Part shown: positions 23,307 through 35,375 of the stretch, piece after piece | How positions within the stretch are numbered: position 1 is the first letter of the stretch | How the letters are laid out: every line of letters starts with the position of its first letter | From: Gracilinanus agilis | Lineage: Eukaryota | Reading direction: 5' to 3' | DNA: 64,000 nt | NCBI RefSeq assembly: GCF_016433145.1 | Contig: NC_058135.1 | Location: 175,281,152-175,345,151, forward strand | Notes under the pieces: generated by a model | Databases searched by the model: none | What the model saw: the letters and a program-made list of their open reading frames with translations, nothing else | What the model was told of the DNA's origin: nothing | Made by a program: the position numbers and the translations under genes

Positions 23307-25441
23307 GTAAGTTAGCTCTTTGGGGCATTTTTATTTATTAACCCAAGGAATCATTCATTGCATTCCCTTAATCATCACTTTCTAGCCCATCAATTTGCTT
23401 CAATTGTATGTTGTAATATGCATGGAGTGCTTTTTTTCAAAATATACTAATTTTGATCAATCTCTGTCAGAACTTAAGCCGTCTTCATCTGCCTTAGTAG
23501 TCATTATAAAGCATAGAACTCATTACTGTCAGCTTAGAAAGTAAAATTAAGAGTTGAAAGGGACTCAAAGGGAATTTAGTGTAACCCTCCATTTTTATAG
23601 GTTGAAAAATTGAGACCCAGAAAGATTAAATGATCTGCCCAGAATTAAACAGATTTTAAGCCCATGTTCTGTGACTCCAGAGCCAATCCATTGTGTCATG
23701 TTGCCTGTATTCATTTTTACATGATACTTTACAGAAGGCTTTACCAAGCATCATTAAATTTGATTCTCACAACACAATCATATATAGAGTAGGTAATTCA
23801 GGTATTATCATTCTACATAATAGATGGAGAAACTGAGGCTAAGAAAGATCAAATGACTTCTTCGAGTCCACAGAGCTAGTTAGTGGAGCCAGGAGTTTAA
23901 CCCAAATTTGAAATCACATTTTTGCTTCATTCCTTAGGATGTCATATCCCAAGTCTACCAGATACTCCATGCCTGTAGATTTGGTTGCCTAGATTTCTCC
24001 AATTTGTAAGATAGAAGTCTTAAAGGTGCTGAGTTTTAATGGGCATCTCAATGATGGAAATGTCATACATTGACATGGTATATTCTTAATAGGCCAAGAG
24101 TTGTGACTATATAGATAGAATATATGAATGAGAGAGACAGCCAGACCCCAAAATCTTAGTGCAGTTGTAAGCTTCAGTAGCTTTAAATGGCACTAAAACA
24201 CATTGTATTTACTTTTCAGGTTGATTGAAAAATTATTTATATAGTAATTTCACTCAGGAATAGGAAGTTCTTTTGGGCATCTGTAATACTTCATTGAAAG
24301 TAGAAGGTTTTAGCACAGGCAATTTTGACTCTTTTTGTAAATAGCCAAATGTCAGGATACTTGGAGTCTTCAGATTTGTGAAGCTCTGCCTCCTGGCACT
24401 GTCACTCGTGATTATTCATCCCAGTTTTGTGTTGTTTCTATAAGCAGGGAGCGTAAGAGGCCGAGGGCGAGGTGCAGCTGGCAACAGAGCACCGGGCCCT
24501 AGGGGATCTTACCTCGGGGGATACTCTGCAGGCCGTGGCATATATAGCCGATATCATGAAGGGAAAGGAAAGCAGCAAGAAAAAGGATATGAGCTTGTAC
24601 CGAATTTGGAATTATCTGCTGTCAATCCAGTTCCTATTAAACCCGGTACAGGTCAGTATAAATCTGAAGGATGGGCCATGTCCATTCAGCCAAAACCACA
24701 GACTTCTCTTTAAATTGAACCTAAGCCTTTCTTAGGCTTGGATATAGGCAAATAGGTGCCTTTTGGGTTTCTTAGATATAGTCAACAGAGGTAGATGCTT
24801 CAGCTCTTTTGTGTTTCCCAGTATTGGATAACCTGATGGACTCACCAATGGTGAGACCTTTTGCCCTCTGTGGAGAGAGACTGGACAGAGTTGATTGGGC
24901 TGTATGTGACCAAGGGAAATTCCTTTCTCTCCTGTGACACTTTAAATCTGCTAGAAGAGTTGGTAGAGAGGGTGGAAGCTCTTACTTCAGTAGTCAGGGC
25001 CTCCACCTCTCCTTTGTAATTATGGCCTTAATGAATTAGCGATCTAGAAATGTCATGGAAGTGAAATATTAGACACTACAATTTCTGCGTCACCATCTAA
25101 TAAGTGTCAGCCTTAGTTACAACACCCCCTTCTTTTAAGTCCAGCCAAGTAGTGAGGATACAGGTAAAAAGTCAAGCCAGTGGATCCCAATAAACACTGC
25201 CAACTCCTCAGGAGCTCCATGACATTGTTTCTCAAATAGTCCTCAGTTTTTGTGACTTATTAATCAACTACCCTCTGCAGAGCTGGGCATTGGGTGCTGT
25301 GGAAAATTCAAGGGAAAGAGAAAACATCAACATCACTGCCCCCTCAAGAAGCTTACACTCCAAGTGAATATAGGAAAAACATCAGTACAATACATCCACC
25401 ACAGATATGTACGTGTGTGTGTGTCTATACACGCACGTGTG

Positions 25442-25475
<34 letters not shown>

Positions 25476-28400
25476 TTTGTCAATGATTTGGTGTTAGTAG
25501 CAGAGTTACTCCATATTTCTGTTTGATGCCCTACTTGGCTCACCAAGTGTAAACTGAAGATTGCTTGAGAGGATTATTTTCACTAAAGGATTTACCCTCA
25601 AAAGGGTAAACACCTTTCATATCTAATCCATCCATGGCTCAGAATTCTACAAACTTTACCCAAATATGATAGAACCAAAGGAGACCATTGCATTTTGGTT
25701 AGAGTCTTGGATTGGCCCATAAAAGAAGAAAGTATTTGCCTAATTCCAGAGGTTCTCTTTAAAGAGATATAAAGGTAATTTGTTGTACACAAGATCCTTT
25801 CTGCGAACAGAGAGCTTCTCTGACCAGATCTCCATCTAAATATCATTCACGTTGTGAAGCAAGTGTTAAACTAAACCTTTCATGTAAGGATTCTCCTGTC
25901 TCTCCTCCGTGTGCATGAAACTGACCCAGGTTTCACAAGTTCTGTCTTCTACTTCCTGGGAAGGAGATTCCTGCTTATAATTGGCAAAAATGTAATGGTN
26001 NNNNNNNNNNNNNNNNNNNNNNNNNNNNNNNNNNNNNNNNNNNNNNNNNNNNNNNNNNNNNNNNNNNNNNNNNNNNNNNNNNNNNNNNNNNNNNNNNNNN
26101 NNNNNNNNNNNNNNNNNNNNNNNNNNNNNNNNNNNNNNNNNNNNNNNNNNNNNNNNNNNNNNNNNNNNNNNNNNNTCAGCTGCATAAAATAATGTTCAGA
26201 GTCCTGCAGAAGAAATTGCAGTGAACTGATAACTAAAAAGGTCCCAAGTAAACTATTTAAAGTCCTGGGTAGCCTTAGTTTTCTCTCATCTTCTGTGCTT
26301 CTTTTTATCAAGAAAAGCATTTTGTATTTTAAAAGGTGTGCTCTCTATGTGTTCTGCCTGTCCATCTTAGAAAAGATGGCATTCAAGCCAGGGCTCTTCT
26401 TTTCTCCCCTCTTAAGACTAATCACCTTCATTAGGGATCTGGAAATGATAAAGATGAGCAGAATTGCCTAATAAAAGGTGAGCTAGTTAACTGCCAACAT
26501 CTAATTTGGGGGCAAGGCTTGATGAAAGAATTTAGTATCTTGTGAAAGATGAATGTCTTTAATGGCATAGCATGACCTCTTGATGATTCTCCAGTTTTCA
26601 ATAATATGAAAGGGAAACAGAGCCTTTAGAGTTATAAGTTCTTTCAGAGTAGTTTCCCCTTTCTTTCTCCCTCAGTGACTAACCTTTGAACACTTCCTTG
26701 AACTCCTTTGTCTATCACTCCATTCATTTTAACAGCTTGAGGCACTGCATAGCTCTTTATCATTTTGTGTGTATGTGTGTAGATAAGTAGAAGCAAATTC
26801 TAGCAAATTATATATAAATTACAAATTTCTTTGCTTTAGTAAAATTCATATTCTTTTTAAAAATCAATTTATATCTTAAACACTTTTATAATTGGGAAAA
26901 TAATCATTCATAGAAAATAACTTCTTCATCTATACATTTCAACTCCCTATACTATACTGTAGTCTCCACCAAGCTAGGGGCAGGGTGTTTTCTTATTGTC
27001 TCCTCACAGGGTTCCACCAAGTAAACATTCAGGAAATATTGCTAGCTTTCTGAAACTTTGATTGAAATACCTTTATCTTTACACCCAATAAAAAGACTTG
27101 TGAGTTGGGTGATTCATTCAGAAAGCATCATGAAATCATTGCCTAAAAGATTACTATATTTTAATGCTACACATTGTATTTCAGTAGTCTAGATTAAATA
27201 TCAAAGGTAGAGCTAAGAACATGAATCTTTTCCTCTAAGTTTTGTCATGAAACCCTATCCTTTCTTGCCTCTTAAAAGACAATGAAGCCAAGAAAGGCTG
27301 CAGGTCTACTGGTGATAAAGTGATAATGAAGGTGGCTGCTCACTCTTCTAATGTCTAGTCTAGATCTCAAGATCTTGGCCAGTTTCCAATTTAGACCCTA
27401 TTTCGTTAGAACGTAGGAGGCCCCCTCCTACTATAGAGATGAAGGAAATTACTCCATATTGAACGTTATTATTTAGATGGATCATTTCTCAGCTTGTGGG
27501 AACTTCTAGCTGGGTGTTTGATTTTGCCCCATAGAACAAGTCTATTAATCTTAATCAGTTTGGTTTTCCCCGTTCCTAATCTTGTTCTAGTGGCAATCCC
27601 TGCTATTGGGGCCCAGTATTCCATGTTTCAGGCTGCCCCTGCTCCCAAGATGCTGGAAGATGGCAAAATCCATACAATGGAACATATGATCAACCCCATA
27701 GCAGTACAACCAGACCCAGCCAGTGCTGCTGCTGCTGCTGCCGCTGCTGCTGCTGCCGCCGTCATGCCTGCTGTTTCCACGCCTCCGCCTTTCCAGGTAA
27801 GGTTCTTATTCTTATGTCTTGGAAATTTGTGGGACATGTATTTCCTTCCGCTATTTCTTTGTGTATTGTTAGGTACTGAGTTCCTTATGTGCCCAGAACT
27901 CTGTGGCCCACAATAAGGTAAAGTCAGCCATATTAATTTTAAACACAGGTTCCTGGTGTTAGGAGACTGTCACTACTATAGGAAGCATTGATAGATATAC
28001 TGAATAATAGCTTTAATATTAAGACTTATTTTTTGGCAGGCAAATATTTGGTATTCCAAATTTTACTGGAGGGGAAGAAAGGGGAAGGGGTAGTCAAGGG
28101 AAAGAAGGAAGATTTCTGAAACACCTGTTCTGTGCCAGGTACTGTACTAAGCATTTTTTACAAATATCTCATTTAATCCTCACAACAACCTTGTATGGTA
28201 GGTACTATTATCATGTCCATTTTATAGACTAAGGCAGTCAGAAATTATAAGTGATTTACTCCACATAATTAATAAGTGCCTGAGGCTAGATTTGAATGCA
28301 AGTTGTCATGACTCCAGGCATAGTTCTCTATCCAATATACCAGACAGATAATCATATCTACCAGGAACTATGGGTCTCGAGGGCTCCTGTGATCCAAGAA

Positions 28401-31400
28401 ACTGCCCCCAAATTGCGGGATATTTCTTTTTCTCTTGGGTATGTGATCTCCTAGGAAGGGAAGTCTTAGTTTAATTTCCTTTTGTTTAACCACTGTTAGT
28501 AAGGTTTCCTCCTTTTCTTAGTATCCCGTTACTTTCCATCTCAGACCTAAGTTGTGATTTCATTGGTGGAGGGAATTAAAAAGCTATTTTTTGACAATAC
28601 TAATCTGAAATTTAGTCTTTGAGAACTTCTGGACCATTTTGAGGTTGTGTATCCAAAGTCAAATAGTCAGTGTGTGTAAGAGGTAGACTTGAATCCAGGC
28701 CTTCTTGCCATGAGACTCATTCTCTAACCATTATGCCCAACCTTTTGCTTAGTTTTTCTAAACTAGGCTATGAAAGTTGTTTCTATTACAAATGAGGAGC
28801 CCTGAGAATACCAAAATAGGAATTTGTGTGAAGAGAGGAAGAATATAAGGAGACAGCATGCATTTATTAATTCAACAAGTATTTGACTTAATATTTAACC
28901 TAAAGAGTTACTAGATCTCTAACACTGCCTGTGTGATTTTGGTTTATGACAAATGAGAAAACTGAAGAGAGAGGTTTAGAGATTGAATTCACACAACTCG
29001 TTAGTGGCCGAGCCAGGATCTCTATAGACTTCTGGTCCAGAATGTTCCCCTGGTTCTTTTTTTATGATGGAATGCACACAGAGGCAGCTGGTGGCACAAT
29101 GGCTAGAGCACTGGGCCTTGAATTCAAGAACTGTTGAAATCTGGCCTCAGATACTAGCTGCAGGAAGGAAGTCACTTGATTCTTCTTTGTCCTTAGCTTC
29201 TTCAACTAAAACGGGAACAACTGTAATACCTACCTCCCAGGGTTGTCATGGAGATCAAATGAGATTAAACCACGCAGAGGTTTTGGGGGAAGAGGGAATG
29301 CTGGCAAATTCTAGACAGTTGGAAGCACAGTCAGAAAGTAAACAAAGAATGACCAAACTGGATCAATTCCTAAAATCCAGGACTTAAAAGGAACTCCTCA
29401 ATCAGAGAAGGGGGTGGGGGGTCTACATGAAGTTAGACATGTTCCAGGATGAAAAGGCAGCAGATTCATGGTGGCAAAGTCTGAAATGTCAGAAGCACCT
29501 ATGGGAAAGATTAGGTATTCAAGGTTAACAAATAGTTAAATGAACAGATTTGGTCTGTCCTAGTTCATTCCATCTTTTTCTTTTAGAGGGATTACCTAAG
29601 TCAATCTTCCAAATGTAGGTAGGAGAAAGATGGCTTAGAGGTAGAACTGGAAAATCAGTTTATAGATTAAAAATCAATGGTGGATGGAGCTAGATCCTGG
29701 TGGAGCTGGTCTCATCAAAGCAACCATCATCCACACAGTGACTACCCTAGTTGGATCTCTCATCACTTCTTAGTCAAACTATTTTAATACCCTTTTCATT
29801 GTTCTTCCTCCTTCTGGTGTCTCCTTTCCCCAGCAAATCTTTCACACCACTGTCAAAATAATGTACCTATGGCCCAGATCTGGCTAGCCATGGTCCTCTT
29901 GCTCACAAATTTTGAATGACTATTATAGCCTCAAGGAAAAAATGAACTATTCATTCAGCCTGTCAGTTAATGCCATCACAATTTGGTACTAACTAACATT
30001 CCAGGATTATGCCACATAATTCTTCATGAACTCGGTGTTAGCCAAACTGGACTTTTCCCTTGTCCTCTGAACTCAGCTTTCCCTCTCTTTACACAGGCTT
30101 TCTCCCATACCTGGTATGCATTCCATCTTCTCTTTGAAGCTTTCTGCAGAGCTCTTAAGCCACCTCTTACGCATAGCCATTTCTGATTTCCCCAGTTTCT
30201 AATGTTCCCTCCTCCCCAGAGTTACCTTGTATTTGCTTATCAGCAGATGAATTAATTTCCCTCAAAAATAAGCTACTTGAGGACAGACCTTTCTTTAGCT
30301 GGCACTTAGTAAATATTTGTCAAATCTATCCTGACATTGAGGTGTCCTGTGGGTGAAGAGGATGCCCAGTTGCGGATGTCCAGCAGGAATTTGGAAGGGT
30401 AGGATTATTAATAATTAGTATTGTACTTTAAAGTTTGGACATGTATTATCTCCTTTAGTCCTTGCAACAGGCCTATGAAATAGATGCTATTCTTATCCTC
30501 ATTTTACAGATGAGGAAACTGAGGCTGAGATAGATTGAGTGTCAGAGCCTTACAGCTAGAAAGTATCCGAGGCAAAATTTAAAGTCAGGTCTTCTTGATT
30601 CCAAGCCCCCAGCATTCCATTCACCATGTTACTAAAGGAGTGGTTTATGAGCCTTTAGAAAGGTAAGCAATAATAACTAAAAGTTAGCTTGGCCTTATAA
30701 AGCACAGATCATTCCAGACTAACTGGATTTTTTTTTTTTTTGACAAGAGTAGTGACAGCATCTGTCATGGAAGAATAGTATAGATGTGGTATCCCTAGAT
30801 TTCAGCCAACTTTAATGGTCACTCATCATTCAGTCAAGTAACATTTATTAATGATTTACTATGTAACAGGCACTGTCCCAAATGCTAGGGATACAAAAAG
30901 AAGCAAAAGACAGCTCTTTCCTCCAGTTCTCCACCAAAGAGGGAAACAGCATACAAATAAGTATATACAAAGCAAACTAGAACCCCAGATTAATGGGAAA
31001 TAATTAACAGAGGGAAGGCACTGGAATTTAGATGGAGTGAGGAAGGTAGGGTTTTAGTTGATACTTAAAGGAAGCCAGGAGTCAGTAGTTAGTACAGAGG
31101 AAAGAGAGTGCTCCAGTCATGGGGGACAGCCAAATAGAATGCAAAAAAAATGTTGCGTCTTGTTAGTGGACCAACCAAGAGGCCAGTGTCATGATATCTT
31201 AAGAGTATGCAATGTGGAGTATGCAATGTGTAGATGATTGGAAAAGTAGGAGGAGAGTAGATTATTAAGAGCTTGGGATGCCAAACAGAGCATTTTGTAT
31301 TTGATTCCAGAGGCAATAGGAAGCCCCTCGAGTAGAGGATGAGGCATGATGGGAACTGCACTTTAGGAAAAATACTTTAATTGCTGAATGAAGGGTCGTT

Positions 31401-34394
31401 TGGAATGAGGAGGAACTTGATATACTTATGGAAAGTTGTATACTTAAATGATGGTCCTAGTAGAATTTTTAAGAGCAAAAAACCCCAAACTGATCATTAA
31501 ATTGTTGATACCATCTTCAAAGAAGACCAGTAGGTGGATTATCCCATTATTTTTGTTGCAATGAAGTCATAGGAACATGTGGCATGAAGTTTCGATGTAT
31601 AACTAATATATTGAATGGACAGAATCCAAACCCCCCCCCAAAGATCTTAAGCTAGATAAATAAAAACTGAATAATGTGAAATGTGATAAAAGACAAATGC
31701 AATGTTGTTGGCTTCAAAAAAATCACTTTCACAAATATAGGATGGAAATGAGGGTTAACAAGTCAGAAGTTTCAATGCAAAAGATCTGAGAGTTGCAATG
31801 GACTCAGAATGAGTGTGTGTGGTTTTGCAGCTAAGAATTAATGTTATGCCAGACTTCATTAAGGGAAGCACAATGTCTAAAATGAGGGTCATATCAATTT
31901 CTTATCCTTCAGTTCTAGGCAACATATTTTAGAGAAAAAAAAATTTTTAATTAGAACATGTACAGAAGACAGCAACCAACATGGTGCAAAGACCGAAGAA
32001 TGTGTCTTATGAGGATTGATGGAATGAATTGGAGATATTTTACATGGAGAAGAGAAGACTTAGAGCAGATATATAACCCCTGCCTTCAAGTATTTGAAGA
32101 TCCATCCTGTGGAAGAGAAGCTAGACTTCTTCTCTTTGACCCTATAGGGAAGAACTGAGGGCAGAGCTGAAAGTTGCCAAAAGGTGGATTTAATCTTGAT
32201 ATTTAAAAAAACAAAACAACCTTCATCAAATTAGAGCTGTCCAAAAGTGAAATGGGACGCCTGAGAAGATAGTGGACCTTCTGTTCACTGAAGGACTTCT
32301 CAGAGGTGGGATGAACAAGTATTGAAGGAATTGTAGAAGTGATTAATGATTAATGATAGGTACAAATTGGACCGGATGAACTATGAAACCCTCTCTATTA
32401 AGTTCTGTGTTTTTGTTTTATCTACTTCAAAACCTTAGCAAAGTGTTGATTCCTTGGACCATCAAATTTGGAACTGGAAGGGAGACTTATCGATTATAGT
32501 GGGCAGTTACTCCCAAACTTGTAGTCTATAAAATCTGGATGGAAGGGGCAGATAAATCATTTGTATTGGGGGATGCTATCAGCTACCGGGTGAGAACCTA
32601 TATATTTTTTTAACCTTAAAGAAGGATCCTCATACTTAAAAAGTTTTACATCATCATGTCTTTTTGCAAAATGTCTCTGGCATAACAAGTGTTAGAAACG
32701 CTATGTCTGTACCTCACGGAGTGTATATTTACTTCCATTTACCAACAGAAAGATGGTGTTTCTGGTGATGACTTTCTAAATGTCTTCTAACGTACAGTTG
32801 CTTCAGTATATAATCGAATATGTATCCCTAAAATGTTAACACTATGTAAAATCATAGAATTAAAAAACACAGCCTATAGGGGAAATGAGGGATAGAGGTG
32901 CAGCACAGCACTCAAAAAACTTCGCCAATGACACAGTAAGAAGGGGGGAAAAAGACAGAAACCAAATAAAAATGATGTACAATTGTATACGTGTTAAATG
33001 GTGAAGAAATGTGTAAGTGTTATAAGAAATAGTGACCGTGCCCATAGCCTGAGGCTATTGCTTGGCTTTTTTGCTGACAAAAGTTGAAAGGTCAAGGCAA
33101 GAGAGCAGACTAAAACTCCTGGACCACGGTAGAAGCTGGGGGAAATGACAGCCTTCTTCTGATTACAGCTCCTCCTGCACCAGATGATAGACAACACATA
33201 TGGCACTTTACTTTGAAAAATGCTTGAAATTTGATAATGGAAATGGGTCAGAAGGATTGAGGTATTGTGAGGCAGCACAGATTTCTATAATCTCAACACA
33301 TATGCAAAAGAGAAATTCATATTATACTTGAATTGTTCCCTAATTATTGTCACATTGAATATGCATTTTTTAAAATAAGCATCATTGTGGAACTGAATAT
33401 ACATTTTAAAAGTTGTTGCAAATGTGCGTAGTGGTTTATCACAAACCAAAACCATTTAATATCCATGTTAAAAGTTTTTTGATTCTTATTAGAAGTTTCT
33501 CTCTTTCTGTTTCTCTGTATCTACATGATATAAACACACATAGTAAAACCTTTAAAACAGGTCTTAAAGCACTGCAGTAATATAGGTATCATATACATAG
33601 TATCTGTCTCTCTAGATTCACTATATCTGTATTTATAGATACAATATGTACGATATTTTATTGAGTATATACACATGTATATATGCATGCATTGTTTATA
33701 TGCAATATATAATATAAGCATACACAATATTCTACTACAACGCTTTGTGGTATAGTAGAATATTGTTTTTTAGAATATTTATTTTTAGAATATTTGTGTT
33801 TTAAAGATTTAAATTTTTAATGGAGTGCTTATAAAATACAATAAGAATATTGGTCCCTAGAATTTATGAAATGCATCAACTTTGATACATATTCTATATC
33901 TCCTCATTCAATACTCTGTCTTCCAGATGAAGAGAATCAGCCCAGGAAGTGACTTGCCCAAGGTCCCACAATTTATAAATTAACAGAAGGAAAAAAAAAT
34001 CCAAAACAAAATATTCAAAGCCAGCTTTTTTACTGGAAATCCACTGCTCTATTCACTCCATTTTGGTTTTGTTTCTACTCCCAGTGCCACAGACCTGTTC
34101 ACAATCACAATTAAATCAAGATCTTTTTTTTTTTCTTCCCTCCACATTCTTTAGGGACGCCCGATAACTCCAGTCTACACAGTGGCTCCAAACGTTCAGA
34201 GAATTCCTGCAGCTGGGATTTATGGTGCCAGTTATGTCCCCTTCGCTGCTCCTGCCTCAGCCACATTAGCCACAATACAGAAGAGCGCCGCAGCCGCAGC
34301 TGCCGTTTATGGAGGTTATGGTGGCTATATACCTCAGCCATTCCCTACTGCTACCATTCAGGTTCCCATACATGATGTCTACCAGACATACTGA
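22181..34394 (+). CDS. RBM47: RNA-binding motif protein 47 (3 RRMs, A1CF/hnRNP R-Q family; APOBEC1 cofactor and splicing regulator), spliced CDS join(22181..23306,24445..24651,27591..27796,34155..34394), 592 aa
   Basis: Translation [14 protein letters not shown]...[13 protein letters not shown]...[11 protein letters not shown]...KNRGYAFV...[10 protein letters not shown]...KILYVRNL...RDYAFVHF...[14 protein letters not shown]...[10 protein letters not shown]...[18 protein letters not shown]...HDVYQTY* matches vertebrate RBM47 as I recall it (human 593 aa). All introns are GT-AG, phases 1/1/0 join in frame, and 1126+207+206+240=1779 nt. Confidence 0.97.
22198..23231. other. Intragenic CpG-rich island coinciding with the RRM exon
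   Basis: About 75 CpG by hand count in about 1.03 kb, versus only a handful per kb in the flanking introns. Confidence 0.75.
24445..24651 (+). CDS. RBM47: RBM47 207-nt symmetric (phase 1-1) exon encoding the RG-rich segment
   Basis: Acceptor ttgtttctataAG|CAG, donor ACAG|GTCAGT. Reads (A)[68 protein letters not shown]; the ORF track shows only the wrong frame here. Confidence 0.93.
25405..25474. repeat. Alternating purine-pyrimidine tract: (GT)n ... (AC)14
   Basis: Read directly; one break in alternation at 25425. Confidence 0.9.
26000..26175. other. Assembly gap (176 N) inside an RBM47 intron
   Basis: Run of n characters. Confidence 0.99.
27591..27796 (+). CDS. RBM47: RBM47 exon containing the poly-alanine tract
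   Basis: Acceptor cctaatcttgttctAG (27590), donor CCAG|GTAAGG. Reads (V)[44 protein letters not shown](A)12[12 protein letters not shown]. Confidence 0.95.
27725..27760 (+). repeat. RBM47: Coding (GCT/GCC)12 poly-alanine repeat
   Basis: (GCT)5 GCC (GCT)4 GCC GCC read in frame. Confidence 0.95.
28100..28340 (-). mobile_element. MIR-type SINE (antisense) in an RBM47 intron; further MIR pieces at about 23590-23900, 28940-29040 (-) and 29080-29290 (+)
   Basis: tgtgccaggtactgtactaagc...atctcatttaatcctcacaacaacc...gactaaggc motifs. Confidence 0.8.
29720..30330 (+). mobile_element. L2 3' fragment
   Basis: ccatcatcc...ccctagt, ctagccaaactggac, ending ggcacttagtaaatatttgt. Confidence 0.55.
30640..32410 (+). 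mobile_element. CR1/L3 LINE 3' part (RT and tail), interrupted by an L2 fragment
   Basis: cagactaac...tttttgaca...gtatagatgtggtatccctagatttcagc resembles the CR1 RT block (TNLISFFD...VDVVYLDFSKAFD). ORF 31958..32158 overlaps a decayed match to RRATRMVKGLE...ELGLFSLEKRRL. The tail is MIR3/L3-like. Confidence 0.75.
30825..31420 (-). mobile_element. L2 3' fragment nested in the L3
   Basis: cattcagtcaag..acatttatta..g..ttactatgt..caggcactgt...ctagggataca is the reverse complement of the L2 3' terminus. Confidence 0.7.
34155..34394 (+). CDS. RBM47: RBM47 last coding exon (coding part)
   Basis: Long T-rich pyrimidine tract, acceptor ttctttAG (34154); [33 protein letters not shown]...VYQTY then TGA 34392-34394. 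Confidence 0.95.
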   Translation, partial: GRPITPVYTVAPNVQRIPAAGIYGASYVPFAAPASATLATIQKSAAAAAAVYGGYGGYIPQPFPTATIQVPIHDVYQTY

Positions 34395-35375
34395 GATTGG
34401 TAAGGGGGGGTCATGAAAACAAACAGAAAACCACTGAAGGAACACTTTACTATTTATGAAGAAAGAACCTACTGTAGAAGAGCACGCTTGAACTTTTAGT
34501 AAATATATATATATATATATATAAAAACCCTAAAAGTGAAGAATGTATCAGATATTAATGTTGAAATATTTTATACTCATGAAGTCACTAGTTTTTGTGA
34601 CTGTTAAGGTGAATGCGCCTGTATGCCTACATTTCTCAGAGAGTTTCACTTGCTATGCCTTAATATCACCCATTACTTAATGTGTATACAATAGTATGTT
34701 TATAAAGGTTTTTTTAGCAATTATATTTTCGGTATGAAGGTTATTTTCTTAACTTCTGCACTCCAGAGATGTTTATTTTGTAGTGCCTTTAATAAATATA
34801 CTGACTATATGTTAAGAAGAACATCCATGCAGCTAGGTAATATTTTGAAAATATGTATTCGATATTTAAAGATACAAAAAAAGGTAGTGCTATTTAAAAA
34901 AACAAAACAAAACAACCCTGAGTACCTTATTTAAAAATAATCCTGGAAAGTGCAATTTTAAGATGAGTGAAGCCACTGTGTTTGTGCCGGCCAATGGAGT
35001 GATGGAGCCATCTAGGACACATTCTCTTTCTGACAAGAATTGAAACATTCAGACTCTCCTTCATCGAGGAAGAAGTGGTCTGAGATTTCTGAGAGGTCTC
35101 TTAGATTTCTGCCTCTCCCACTCACTGTTGCTCTTCCTCATTTTCCATTAACCTTCATCCTCCAAATGGGACAATATGGATGTTTGGTGAGGGAGTTGTT
35201 AGAAACAAAGAAGAAATTGCTTACTATTCCACTCGGCTACTTTTTTGATGGTATCTTTTTATCTGTGCTTTGGTGCTCGCCTTCAAAGCATGTGCTAAAT
35301 GAAGCAGGACTTAGAGAGCCTGCAAGAGAGTGCCTTTACCTAGCTTATTCATCATCCAGGCCAAAATTGAATTTC

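Noticed and set aside
24646-24651. Alternative in-frame GT 6 nt upstream of the cassette donor (CCG|GTACAG)
   Set aside because: Poor match at +4/+5 (C, A) compared with the used GTCAGT; no evidence of use.
24650-24660. AGGTCAGTATA, a 9/11 match to the APOB editing mooring sequence TGATCAGTATA, at the cassette-exon donor of an APOBEC1 cofactor gene
   Set aside because: Most of the match is the ordinary GTCAGT donor. The position 5 nt upstream is G, the nearby Cs are in a GC-rich context unfavourable for APOBEC1, and the motif is destroyed by splicing.
25911-26320. ORFs 25911..26192 and 25949..26320
   Set aside because: Open only because they run through the N gap.
27628-27837. Antisense ORF with a poly-Ala run
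   Set aside because: GCT/GCC repeats read as GCA/GCG (Ala) on the other strand; a by-product of the RBM47 tract.
21698-28340. Possible circRNA from the large exon via flanking inverted repeats
   Set aside because: The upstream repeats are SINE1-type, but the downstream introns hold only old, diverged MIR pieces, so complementarity is weak.
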